Part shown: piece by piece, positions 12,861 through 21,820 of the stretch | Position numbering within the stretch: the first letter of the stretch is position 1 | How the letters are laid out: every line of letters begins with the position of its first letter | NCBI GenBank assembly: GCA_913020725.1 | Contig: CAJWCD010000030.1 | Location: 1 to 28,488 of the forward strand | Source: an uncultured Pseudomonadota bacterium | GTDB taxonomy: Bacteria > SAR324 > NAC60-12 | Reading direction: 5' to 3' | DNA length: 28,488 nucleotides | Made by a program: the position numbers and the translations under genes | Notes under the pieces: model-generated | Seen by the model: only the letters and a program-made list of their open reading frames with translations | The model's database searches: none | Told to the model about the DNA's origin: nothing

Positions 12861-14169
12861 AGAAAAGCTGGAGCAGGTCGTTGTAGGTGACGAACAACAT
12901 GAGGGCAAGGAGCACCGAGAAGCCGACCATCTGGGTGCGTTCCCGGAGGACAGCACTGAGCGGGCTGCCTTTGAGTTTTTCGAAGAACAGCAGCAGGATA
13001 TGGCCACCATCCAAAGCCGGAATGGGCAGCAGGTTGAAGATGCCAAGCTGGAGGCTGATGATCGCGGTGAGGAAGAAGAGGTCCGTCCAGCCACTTTCAG
13101 CGGCTTCCCCAATCACTTTGCCAATCCGGAGCGGCCCGCCGACATCATCCATTGAACCTTGGCCGGAAATCACCTGTCCGAGAAAGGAAAAGGTTGCTCC
13201 GACGAGGTACAGCAACCGTCCCACTCCGCGTTGCACGGCCTCACCAAAGCTGAAGCTCAGTTTCTTCATTTCCAGCGTCATGCCGAGCAGGTAGCGTCCG
13301 GACTCCGGATCAAAGTTTGGGGTGATGTCCACCCAGAACGGCTCACTGTCGCGCTCCACTTCAACTCGCAGAGGCTGTGAAACTGCATCATTTCTAGTGG
13401 AGTCCCGGTGTTGCTGTTGCAGTGCTTGGACGGTTGGAGAGATTTCGTTCCAGTCTTGGATCAACTGATCGTTGATGCGGATAATGCGGTCTCCCGGAAC
13501 AATGCCCGATGCCCGTGCCGCAGAATTCTCCAGCAAGGTGCCCACGATGGGAGGGATGCGGGGCACCCAACCTATTTCGCCTGTCCGGTACACCCCTGTG
13601 ACTGGAAGAAAAGCGCCGTTGCGGTAAAGCTCCAAAGTCAGGGGAGCATCCGGAGAGAGTGCGGAAGTGAGTTCACTCACCGTGCGCCAGTCGCTGGTCT
13701 CCTGTCCATTGATGGAGAGGATTTCGTCTCCGGGTTGGACCCCAAGTTCAGCGGCCAAGGTTGCAGGAGCAACTTGATGGACCACTGGGGTGGAGAAGAG
13801 GTATCCGGGAGAGTCCACGCCCATCCAATAGACCAACGGCATGAACAACAGGGCCACCAGCAGGTTCATGGCGGGACCGGCAACGAGGATGTAGAGCCGC
13901 TGAAAAATCGACTTTGCTGCGTAATTCCGAGGGTCGTCCGGGTCCTCATCGTGCATGTTTTGCCCGAAAAGCTGGACGTAGCCGCCGACAGGAATCCACG
14001 ACAAGCGATACTCCGTTTCGCCGATCTGCTTGCCGATGAGTTTGGGGGGAAACCCGATGGAGAAGGACTCCACCCGGACTCCAACATGACGAGCCGCAAG
14101 GTAATGCCCCATCTCGTGAATAAAGATGAGGAATCCTAGCACTAGGAGGAAAGCAAATACTGTGGTCAT
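12844..14169 (-). CDS. rseP: RIP metalloprotease RseP
   Basis: HEMGH zinc motif, AGPAMN, two PDZ domains, NLLPIPALDGG; follows dxr. Confidence 0.95.
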   Translation of the reverse strand: MTTVFAFLLVLGFLIFIHEMGHYLAARHVGVRVESFSIGFPPKLIGKQIGETEYRLSWIPVGGYVQLFGQNMHDEDPDDPRNYAAKSIFQRLYILVAGPAMNLLVALLFMPLVYWMGVDSPGYLFSTPVVHQVAPATLAAELGVQPGDEILSINGQETSDWRTVSELTSALSPDAPLTLELYRNGAFLPVTGVYRTGEIGWVPRIPPIVGTLLENSAARASGIVPGDRIIRINDQLIQDWNEISPTVQALQQQHRDSTRNDAVSQPLRVEVERDSEPFWVDITPNFDPESGRYLLGMTLEMKKLSFSFGEAVQRGVGRLLYLVGATFSFLGQVISGQGSMDDVGGPLRIGKVIGEAAESGWTDLFFLTAIISLQLGIFNLLPIPALDGGHILLLFFEKLKGSPLSAVLRERTQMVGFSVLLALMLFVTYNDLLQLFFKLPQ

Positions 14170-14175
14170 GGTCGG

Positions 14176-15390
14176 TCAGGCAACGGCTTGTGGCAGAGGT
14201 TCACGGGTGAGGTTTTGGTTCATCAAAGTGGAGGCTTGTTTCCGACCCCAAGCATCGGCGCACAGAGCGTCGTCCAGGGTTTGGGGAGTCGTCGGTAATT
14301 CCGGATGTGCTTGTTGCGTTTTCCAAAATTGTAGCACGGCCTCCAAGGTTTTTGCGATGTCGAGAAACCGGATTTCGCCTGCAAGAAAGGCGGCGACTAG
14401 CATCTCGTTGGCCCCATTCATCACGGCGGGTGCGCTGCCGCCCCAGCGCGTGGTCTGCATGGCGAGACGGAGGCATGGAAACCGCTGCAAGTCAGCAGGT
14501 GCAAAATCGAGCCGTCCTAGTGCTTCGAGCTTCAGTTCCGGGAGGGAAAGCGGAAGCCGATCCGGGTAGGCGAGGCAGTAAGCAAGCGGGATGCGCATGT
14601 CCGGCAAGCCAAGCTGAGCGAGGAAGGAGCCGTCCACAAATTCGGCCAACGAGTGGACGATGCTTTGTCGGTGGATGACCACCCGGATTTGATCCACAGG
14701 AAGCCCAAACAGCCAGTGGGCCTCAATGACTTCCAACCCCTTGTTCATCATTGTTGCCGAGTCGATGGTGACTTTGGGACCCATCTTCCAATTTGGGTGG
14801 GCGAGGGCTTCGTCAACTGTGATGTTAGCAAACTCTGCGAGCGGACGGTCGCGGAATGGCCCACCGGAAGCGGTGAGGATGATGCGTGCGACGTGATCCC
14901 GCGAATGTCCGTGGAGTGCCTGAAAGATGGCATTGTGTTCGCTGTCTGCGGGCAACAGGGTGGCACCAGTGCGCTGGGCTTCGTTGACGAACAACTCTCC
15001 GGCCAACACGAGCGGTTCCTTGTTAGCGATGGCAATCACTTTGCCCGCTTGCACAGCAGCGTATCCCGGAAGCAGGCCCGCCGCTCCCACGATGCCGGAA
15101 ACGACCAATTCCACCTCGGGGTCACTGGCGAGTTGCACCAAGCCGGTTTCACCAACACAAACTTCCACTTCCGGAAACGAGGCTCGCAGATCTCCCGCAG
15201 CGGTTTCCGATCCCACACAAATTCGATTGGGTTGGAACTCCCGGATTTGTGCGGCTAACTGCTCCACGGCTTGATGGCAGGAAAGCGAAACCACACGGAA
15301 GCGTTCCGGAAACTCCCGGACAATGTCCAGGGTGCTGGCACCGATGGACCCCGTGGCTCCAAGAACCGAGATGGGCTTGGCGGGAATCAT
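14176..15390 (-). CDS. dxr: 1-deoxy-D-xylulose-5-phosphate reductoisomerase
   Basis: LGATGSIG, ANKE, LPADSEH, TASGGPFR, HPNWKMGPKVTIDSATMMNKGLEVIEA; ATG overlaps the cdsA stop (ATGA). Confidence 0.97.
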   Translation of the reverse strand: MIPAKPISVLGATGSIGASTLDIVREFPERFRVVSLSCHQAVEQLAAQIREFQPNRICVGSETAAGDLRASFPEVEVCVGETGLVQLASDPEVELVVSGIVGAAGLLPGYAAVQAGKVIAIANKEPLVLAGELFVNEAQRTGATLLPADSEHNAIFQALHGHSRDHVARIILTASGGPFRDRPLAEFANITVDEALAHPNWKMGPKVTIDSATMMNKGLEVIEAHWLFGLPVDQIRVVIHRQSIVHSLAEFVDGSFLAQLGLPDMRIPLAYCLAYPDRLPLSLPELKLEALGRLDFAPADLQRFPCLRLAMQTTRWGGSAPAVMNGANEMLVAAFLAGEIRFLDIAKTLEAVLQFWKTQQAHPELPTTPQTLDDALCADAWGRKQASTLMNQNLTREPLPQAVA

Positions 15391-16208
15391 AGCCAAAAGG
15401 TCAGGTAGTAGAACGCTGGGGCGGCCAGCAAATGCCCGTCAGCGCGGTCGAGCAGGCCGCCATGTCCGGGGAACAAGGAGCCGGAATCTTTCACGGCGCA
15501 GAGTCGTTTCATTTTCGATTCCACCAAATCACCCACTTGCCCAACAGCTGCGGTGACAACAGCCAAGAAAAGGGCTTCGTGCCAAGCAATGCTCATGAAG
15601 GCACCGGCGCACAGCAATCCAACCAGTCCGGCTCCTGCAAGTCCGCAGCCGCTGCCCTCCCAGGTTTTTTTGGGGCTGACGGTTCGAGCGAGCGGGGTTC
15701 GTCCAAATTGCTTCCCGCCGAAATATGCGAAGATGTCACTGAAGGAAACCACCAACAGGACAAAGAACAACTCTGCAACCCCACTCTGGCGCGAGGCGAT
15801 CAGCGTGAAGTGTTGCAAGCTCCAGACGATCCAGAGCAGGCCCAACACACCCACGCCAAATCCGGCCATGCCTTCCAGCGACTTGACGGGTTGGGAGAGC
15901 AGCGACCAGCCAATCCAGAGCAGCAGACATGCGAAGAGTGCAGCCGTCAGGCCGTCCCTGCCTGCGAAAAGAGTTCCTGCCGACATCAGCACAACCGCTC
16001 CGACCAAGGCGGCAAAGGGGACAGGCCTGGCGGTGCCGGAGAGCATTCGGGAGTACTCCCAAACACCGAGCAGGGCACTTGCTGAAACCAGCAACCCAAG
16101 AGCGAAGGGTGGCAAATAAATCAGCAGGAGGGTCAATCCTGCTGCCAGCGGTACTGCGGTTTTGACACGAGCAAGCAGGTCGGAAGGCATGGTGGGGCTG
16201 GCAGGCAT
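15387..16208 (-). CDS. cdsA: Phosphatidate cytidylyltransferase
   Basis: Multi-TM protein with SPKKTWEG and GDLVESKMKRLCAVKDSGSLFPGHGGLLDRAD; start at ATG 16208 or 16190. Confidence 0.95.
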   Translation of the reverse strand: MPASPTMPSDLLARVKTAVPLAAGLTLLLIYLPPFALGLLVSASALLGVWEYSRMLSGTARPVPFAALVGAVVLMSAGTLFAGRDGLTAALFACLLLWIGWSLLSQPVKSLEGMAGFGVGVLGLLWIVWSLQHFTLIASRQSGVAELFFVLLVVSFSDIFAYFGGKQFGRTPLARTVSPKKTWEGSGCGLAGAGLVGLLCAGAFMSIAWHEALFLAVVTAAVGQVGDLVESKMKRLCAVKDSGSLFPGHGGLLDRADGHLLAAPAFYYLTFWL

Positions 16209-16225
16209 GGAGAGTGTTCCGGAGG

Positions 16226-17032
16226 TCAGCCTACAGTGCGGGAGGGTGTTGTTCCTCCCATCCGGCGCTTGCGGTTCTGGAAATCCAGCAGGGCGCGATG
16301 GAAATCGGTTTTGTTGAAATCCGGCCAGAGGACGGGGGTGAAGTGGAATTCCGCATACACCCCCTGCCACGTCAGGAAATTGGAAATGCGCTGCTCGCCG
16401 CTGGTGCGGATGATCAGGTCGGGGTCCGGGGTGTCCGGGGTGTAGGTGTGTTGGGAGATCACCGCTTCGTCAATGTCTTCAGGCTGCAACTCTCCGCGCT
16501 GCACGGCCTCGGCGATCAGGCGCACCGCCCGGACGAGTTCAGTACGTCCACCATAGTTGACCGCAAGGTGCAGCCGCATCCCTCGGTTTTCCTGTGTGGC
16601 GGCAAGGGCTTTGTTCAGGGGCGTCTGCACGAAATCCGGTAGCCGCGATGGGTCACCGATCAAGTGGAAGTGAACATCGTGCTTGAGCATCATTGCCAAC
16701 TCCTTGACGAGAAATTCCGCGAACAACTCCATCAAGGCGGAAACTTCTCCGGAAGGTCGGCTCCAGTTTTCGGTGGAGAAAGCATAAAGGGTGAGGTTGG
16801 CCAAGCCCAGCTCAACGGCAGCTTCGACTGTTGCCCGCACGGCTCGTACCGCGTTGCGATGCCCCTGAAAGCGTGGAAACAGCCGCTGTTCTGCCCAACG
16901 GCCGTTGCCGTCCATGATCACCGCGACATGCTGGGGCAACCGCTCAAGATCAATTTGATCTTGCAACGACTCCGGGGCCGTGGAATTGGTGCTGGAAGCG
17001 GAAGCTGCCGTGGACGGAGATTGCTGAAGCAC
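16226..17032 (-). CDS. uppS: Undecaprenyl diphosphate synthase (isoprenyl transferase)
   Basis: HVAVIMDGNGRWA, YAFSTENWSRP, NYGGR, DLIIRTSGEQRISNF. Confidence 0.96.
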   Translation of the reverse strand: MLQQSPSTAASASSTNSTAPESLQDQIDLERLPQHVAVIMDGNGRWAEQRLFPRFQGHRNAVRAVRATVEAAVELGLANLTLYAFSTENWSRPSGEVSALMELFAEFLVKELAMMLKHDVHFHLIGDPSRLPDFVQTPLNKALAATQENRGMRLHLAVNYGGRTELVRAVRLIAEAVQRGELQPEDIDEAVISQHTYTPDTPDPDLIIRTSGEQRISNFLTWQGVYAEFHFTPVLWPDFNKTDFHRALLDFQNRKRRMGGTTPSRTVG

Positions 17033-17082
17033 GCTGAGTTTTGTGGAAAAATTGGCTTGCGTGGCAAGATCAACAGAGTAAG

Positions 17083-17685
17083 TCAGGTGCGGTGGGAAGA
17101 CAAGCCTTTACTCTGAGGGTTGGTCGCAAATGGCTTGTGCAGAAGTTGGATTTTGATGGTTCCATAGCTTCTGGATTGCACGGTTGCAAAGGTTTGGGGA
17201 ATTTCCAATTTAAGATTGGTTGGAGATTCCACCACCACCCAAGAGCCGGGGCGCAAGGCAGGGTGCGTTGCCAGCATTTGCAGAATATTGTCATAAGCCC
17301 CGCCTTGGTACGGAGGGTCAAGGAAGACCAAACTGGGAATCCTGGACGATTCATAGTCCGGCAGCCAACGTTCGGCGCGGTCCATAATCATGCGGCAGGT
17401 CTCGGGTTGAAGTCCGCATACGCCCACATTGTGCCGGAGGATACCTGCGATGCGTTTTGAGGATTCCACCAACACAGCGCTTTGCGCACCGCGACTGAGT
17501 GCCTCCAGTCCCAAGGCACCGGAGCCCGCGTAAAGATCCAGCACCACCATTTCCGGCCAGACGATGCGGTGTTCCAGCATTCCGAAGAGGGCTTCGCGCA
17601 CTCGGTCGGTGGTGGGGCGCACGTTCCGGCCGTCAGGAACTTTGAGGCGGCATCCCTTAAATTTTCCGGAAATAATGCGGATCAT
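17083..17685 (-). CDS. rsmD: 16S rRNA (guanine966-N2) methyltransferase
   Basis: IRIISGKFKG, RPTTDRVREALF, LDLYAGSGALGLEALSRGA, FLDPPY; start placed at ATG 17685. Confidence 0.93.
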   Translation of the reverse strand: MIRIISGKFKGCRLKVPDGRNVRPTTDRVREALFGMLEHRIVWPEMVVLDLYAGSGALGLEALSRGAQSAVLVESSKRIAGILRHNVGVCGLQPETCRMIMDRAERWLPDYESSRIPSLVFLDPPYQGGAYDNILQMLATHPALRPGSWVVVESPTNLKLEIPQTFATVQSRSYGTIKIQLLHKPFATNPQSKGLSSHRT

Positions 17686-17755
17686 GTGTGAGACAATGCA
17701 CGGGTGGTTGATTTGCTCGATACTGTCAGAAACACGGAGGCCCTGAAATTCAGCA

Positions 17756-18244
17756 ATGCTCGTACACCTTGGCTTAGGCAGCAATCTAGGAGATCGAACC
17801 GTCTTGTTGCGGAACGCCTGCAAAGCGTTAGCAGAACAGCTTGGCGAATTCCGGAAGTCACCGATCTATGAAAGTGCGCCCTTGCTCGGCATGGAGCAAC
17901 CAAGCTACCTCAATCAAGTGGTTTGCGGAACCACAACGTTGGAACCGCTTGCACTGCTGCACCTCTGTCAAACGCTTGAAGAGCAAGCCGGACGTGTCCG
18001 CACCGAGCATTGGGGAACACGCACCCTTGACATCGACGTGCTGAGCTACGGCGAAGAGATGCTGTGCTTGCCGGAATTGACAGTTCCTCATCCTGAATTG
18101 GCCAAGCGTGCGTTTGTGTTGCTGCCACTCAAGCAACTCACTCCGGTGTGGACCCATCCCGGAACCGGGCAGACGTTGGATGAGCTTTGGGCGCAATGGC
18201 AGACTTGTTCAACGGAACCCCTGCCGACTCAAATTTCCGCATGA
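17756..18244 (+). CDS. folK: 2-amino-4-hydroxy-6-hydroxymethyldihydropteridine pyrophosphokinase
   Basis: LGLGSNLGDR, YLNQV, WGTRTLDIDVL, LTVPHP, RAFVLLPL. Confidence 0.95.
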   Translation: MLVHLGLGSNLGDRTVLLRNACKALAEQLGEFRKSPIYESAPLLGMEQPSYLNQVVCGTTTLEPLALLHLCQTLEEQAGRVRTEHWGTRTLDIDVLSYGEEMLCLPELTVPHPELAKRAFVLLPLKQLTPVWTHPGTGQTLDELWAQWQTCSTEPLPTQISA

Positions 18245-19290
18245 GCAGCCCCCAGCGTTTTGGCGGTGTTGACGAAATGCGTCACCTGCTCGAAAGGTGT
18301 CCGCTCCAAAAGTCCGTGGTTGAGGTTGAGGATGTGGTTGCGGCCGCCTGTTTGTGCGAGGCAGTGTGCAATGGCTTCCGTGACCGTTTCCGGAGTGCCG
18401 TCGGCCAGAAGTTGATTGTTCACGTTTCCCTGAAAAACGCGGTCGGGTGCCTTGCTCCGGGCGTCGGCGAGGTCAACGCAGGAACCCACGCTGAGGATCG
18501 GTGCCCCGCTCTGGAGCAACAAATCAAGGTCGGAAAACTCCTTGGCAAACAGGATCGCAGGAGTTGTTTTGGGTAGTGAGGCGAAGATGCGCTCGTGCGT
18601 GGGCAGCGCAAATTGTTCATAGAGTTCACGAGGCAAGACATCGGCCATGGATTCAAAAATTTGCACGGCATGTGCTCCGGAATCGATTTGGTAGTGCAGG
18701 TAAGCGATGGTGAGGTCGGTCAGGTAATCCAACAGGGTTTGCACCAATTTGGGTGCTTCGGAAAAAAACCGCAGCACGTCCGAAATCTGGCGGGTGGGGC
18801 TTTGTCCGGCGATCATGAAAAAAGCAAGGGTCACAGGGGCACCAGCGAAGCCAAGCACGGGCAAGGCTCCACCAAGTCGCGCTTGGATGCCCTGTAGAAT
18901 TTCACCAACATGGGGTATGTCCCGCTGCGGATTGAGAGGCCGCAGCGCCTGAACTTGCGCAGTCGTTCGGATGGGCGAGGCCAGCGTGGGTCCGGGCGTG
19001 AAGCGAAATTCAGCGCCCACGGGTGCAAGCGGGGTGAGGATGTCTTGAAACATGATGATTGCGTCCACTCCGATGCGCTGGGGGAGCAGAGAAATCTCGA
19101 TGGCTTGCTCCACGTCTCGGAAAAGCTGCTCCAGTGGTCGGCCATCGCGCTCCCGGATTTTCCGGTAAGCGGGGTCGGTGCGTCCAGCCTGTCGCATCAT
19201 CCAGACAGGTACTCGCTCCACCGCAAGTCCGTTTATCGCCCGCAGCAGCAGGTCGTTCTCAAGTTTCGGAATGGGAAAGCGCACTGGCAT
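18229..19290 (-). CDS. hemE: Uroporphyrinogen decarboxylase
   Basis: PVWMMRQAGR, DAIIMFQDIL, GFAGAP, QGN, HILNLNHG. Confidence 0.93.
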   Translation of the reverse strand: MPVRFPIPKLENDLLLRAINGLAVERVPVWMMRQAGRTDPAYRKIRERDGRPLEQLFRDVEQAIEISLLPQRIGVDAIIMFQDILTPLAPVGAEFRFTPGPTLASPIRTTAQVQALRPLNPQRDIPHVGEILQGIQARLGGALPVLGFAGAPVTLAFFMIAGQSPTRQISDVLRFFSEAPKLVQTLLDYLTDLTIAYLHYQIDSGAHAVQIFESMADVLPRELYEQFALPTHERIFASLPKTTPAILFAKEFSDLDLLLQSGAPILSVGSCVDLADARSKAPDRVFQGNVNNQLLADGTPETVTEAIAHCLAQTGGRNHILNLNHGLLERTPFEQVTHFVNTAKTLGAAHAEI

Positions 19291-19376
19291 GTTCAGGATG
19301 GATTGGGGAAGATGAAGAGGCCGCTGCTGACTGCGGCGAAGGATGACTCACTCACGATTTGTTTTTGAAGAAACAC

Positions 19377-20291
19377 ATGGCTCAATCCAGCCCAACCTGC
19401 CTCCGCTGTCAGGACACGCGGGTTTACGTCCGTGCCGGCACCGGCACTCGCTATGCCCAAGCTCAACTCTGCGACTGCGCACCCAACCCCTGCCCCACCT
19501 GTCGCGGGACGGGTTTTTTGCTCACTCTTGATCCACAGGGGCGTGATTTGGCGACCTTGTGTCCGGACTGCGAGCGGCTCAAGCAGCGCATCGAGTTCTA
19601 CAACCGCTGTCGAATTCCGCGCCGTTATCAGCACAGTCGACTTACGCTCGCCGATCAGGATTCCGAGAACGCGAAAGTCTTCTCCCTGCTGGAAAGTATG
19701 CTTCGGGGGCTGCCCCATCAAGTCCGGCCTGATTCGGAGCAGGAGAGGCCATCTGCTGATGTGCTCAAGGGCATGGTGCTGATGGGATCGCCGGGCACCG
19801 GAAAGACCCACTTGCTGACCGGATTTGCCTACCGAGCCACCATCGAACTTGGCATCTCCTGCGTTTTTCAGGGATTCACCGAACTGCTCTCCGAACTGCG
19901 CCAAGGGTATTCAGACGGCAAGTCTGACATCGAGATCATCGAACCCCATCTGCAAACCGATGTCCTCATCATTGACGATCTGGGCAAGGGCCGCAACACC
20001 GCGTGGGAATTGAGCATCTTGGATACTCTGATCACTGAGCGCTACAATCACCATCGCTTGATCATGGCGACCACGAACTACACGGAACGCGAGGAGGACA
20101 CCCTCCGGGAGCGCGTACTGAGCCGGGATCGTACCGAGACAGAGCAGTATCTTGCCGACACCCTCCGGAAGCGCGTGGGCGAGCGTATTTATTCTCGGCT
20201 GCGGGAGATGTGCTATTTCCAGTCCCTGCAAGGCACAGATCGCCGCCTTGCGCCTCCGGAAGCCGAGGGCTTTGTGGAATCTGCCGATTGA
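19377..20291 (+). CDS. DnaC/IstB-family AAA+ ATPase with N-terminal Cys-rich Zn-binding region
   Basis: CLRC, CDC, CPTCRGTG, CPDC; Walker A GSPGTGKT, Walker B LIIDDLG, RYN..TTN, GERIYSRLREM. Confidence 0.85.
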   Translation: MAQSSPTCLRCQDTRVYVRAGTGTRYAQAQLCDCAPNPCPTCRGTGFLLTLDPQGRDLATLCPDCERLKQRIEFYNRCRIPRRYQHSRLTLADQDSENAKVFSLLESMLRGLPHQVRPDSEQERPSADVLKGMVLMGSPGTGKTHLLTGFAYRATIELGISCVFQGFTELLSELRQGYSDGKSDIEIIEPHLQTDVLIIDDLGKGRNTAWELSILDTLITERYNHHRLIMATTNYTEREEDTLRERVLSRDRTETEQYLADTLRKRVGERIYSRLREMCYFQSLQGTDRRLAPPEAEGFVESAD

Positions 20292-21320
20292 TCAAACAAG
20301 CCCCGCCGTTTCCGGTAGCCCAAACATCAGGTTCAGGTTCTGAATTGCCTGTCCGGAGGCTCCCTTCACAAGATTATCGATACTCGTCACCACGATCCAG
20401 TTCCGGCGTGAGGCATCGCAACTGAGACCGATCACGCAGCGGTTGGAATGGATGCTGGCCTTGAGGTCGGGAAGTTGTCCTTCCGGAAGCAAGTGGACAA
20501 AGGCGTTCTGCGCTGCGAATTCCTGAAAACCGACCTGCACCTGTTCGGCATCCAGCGGATTCTGAAACCGCAGGTAGATCGTGGAGAGGATGCCTCGGTT
20601 CACAGGCAGCAGGTGGGGCGTGAAAATCACTTCGCCTAACTCATCTGCCGGATACGAGGTGAGGTCGGTCAGGTACTGCTGGATTTCCGGCTGATGCTGA
20701 TGCCCGAACACCTTGTACGCCTTGAAGTTCTCGTTGACCTCCATGTAGTTCGTGGCGTCGTCCTCCACCCGCCCTCCGGCTCCAGAAACCCCGGATTTCG
20801 CGTCAATGATCGGAGAGTTGACCAGTCCGCTCAGCAACTCCCCAAACGGCAACAGCCCCAGCAAAACGCCCGTCGGGTAACAGCCCGGATTGGCGATGAC
20901 CCGTGCGTTTGGAATGCGCTCTCGAAAATACTCCGGAAGCCCGAAGACCGCCTCCCGCAACACTTCTGGCGAGGTGTGCGAAAGGTGATAGTGCGTTTCA
21001 AACGAGGCAATGTCCCGGAGCCGATAGACTCCGGAGAGGTCAATGATGCGCACGCCTTGATCGAGAAGCTGAGGCGTTCGTTCCAAGCTCGCCTTATTCG
21101 GGACCGCGAGGAACACGGCATCGCATCCCGACACGTCGGTGTCGTTGGGTTGAAAGACGAGCTTGCAATTCGGGAGTTGCGGAAAGGCTTCGCAGACGGG
21201 TCGGCCTTGGTATTTGGTCGAAGTCACCAGTGTGACCTCCACCTCCGGATGCCGCCCCAGCCAGTGCAGGAGTTCCAGCCCGGAAAGCCCTGCGGCGCCG
21301 ATGATGCCGACTCGAATCAT
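20292..21320 (-). CDS. argC: N-acetyl-gamma-glutamyl-phosphate reductase
   Basis: IIDLSGVYRL, IANPGCYPT, DAKSGVSGAG, FTPHL, RGIL, IDNLVKGASGQAIQN; start at ATG 21320. Confidence 0.96.
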   Translation of the reverse strand: MIRVGIIGAAGLSGLELLHWLGRHPEVEVTLVTSTKYQGRPVCEAFPQLPNCKLVFQPNDTDVSGCDAVFLAVPNKASLERTPQLLDQGVRIIDLSGVYRLRDIASFETHYHLSHTSPEVLREAVFGLPEYFRERIPNARVIANPGCYPTGVLLGLLPFGELLSGLVNSPIIDAKSGVSGAGGRVEDDATNYMEVNENFKAYKVFGHQHQPEIQQYLTDLTSYPADELGEVIFTPHLLPVNRGILSTIYLRFQNPLDAEQVQVGFQEFAAQNAFVHLLPEGQLPDLKASIHSNRCVIGLSCDASRRNWIVVTSIDNLVKGASGQAIQNLNLMFGLPETAGLV

Positions 21321-21664
21321 GGGGTCAGCACCTCGGCGTAAAGGTCTTCGTTGAAGCCGACAATGAATTCGCGGCCAACCCGCCAAGTCGGTGCCCGCAA
21401 GTTTCCGCTGGGGCCGATGACGTCGCTGAGAATCGCGTCGCGGTCATCCTCGGACGGGTTCCAGTGATTGATTTTCTTGCCTTTGGCGGCGTGAATGCGG
21501 GAGGCGGATTTCAACAACTCCCATGCAGCCTCCGCGTCATAGCGTTGTTTGGTGGCGCTCACGCGCTCGCTGTCGGTGATTTGGTTCGCGTCAAGAAACT
21601 CTTGCGCCCGTTTACACGAAGTTCAGCCAGGGCGAAAATACCCCCAGTCTATCGACTTGGACAT
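21317..21664 (-). CDS. ArsC/Spx-like thioredoxin-fold selenoprotein (UxxC; Sec at codon 14)
   Basis: ATG at 21664 with SD GGAG 6 nt upstream reads MSKSIDWGYFRPG-TGA-TSCKRAQEFL..., in frame with the 81-aa ORF 21317-21562 (...GNLRAPT...IVGFNEDLY). TGA at 21625-21623 occupies the first Cys position of CxxC. Confidence 0.85.
21585..21620 (-). promoter_or_regulatory. Putative bacterial SECIS element
   Basis: Downstream of the UGA: upper stem CAAGA/UCUUG with apical loop GUU (G is the 24th nt after UGA), extended by GCG/CGC or by lower stem UUCGUGU/ACGCGAA. Confidence 0.65.
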
Positions 21665-21695
21665 GGATTGCTCCGAAAGGGTTAATCTTGGAAAG

Positions 21696-21723
21696 AGTCT
21701 AGCGGAACCGCCCGGACATTCAA
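21696..21723 (-). promoter_or_regulatory. Putative sigma70 promoter of the selenoprotein-argC unit
   Basis: Minus strand TTGAAT (21723-21718), 16 nt, TAGACT (21701-21696). Confidence 0.4.
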
Positions 21724-21776
21724 TTCAAATTTCCGGCACCCCGTGGGGTTGCAGGGCATGCGCCTACGGTTTCGGG

Positions 21777-21804
21777 TTGACAGTTTTTCGGTCACTGTTA
21801 CTCT
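21777..21804 (+). promoter_or_regulatory. Strong sigma70-type promoter
   Basis: Perfect -35 TTGACA (21777-21782), 16 nt, TACTCT (21799-21804) preceded by extended-10 TG (21796-21797). Confidence 0.6.
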
Positions 21805-21820
21805 TCGGGCCTGAGACGGT

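Noticed and set aside
19377..20291. IS21 element suggested by the IstB-like ATPase
   Set aside because: No IstA transposase, terminal inverted repeats or target duplication; flanked tightly by housekeeping genes
21758..21820. MRLRFRVDSFSVTVTLRA-TGA in frame with the ABC ATPase, a possible second UGA readthrough
   Set aside because: It overlaps the predicted promoter and so lies mostly upstream of the TSS; the TGA is not at a Cys-equivalent site, and similarity to MalK N termini is weak
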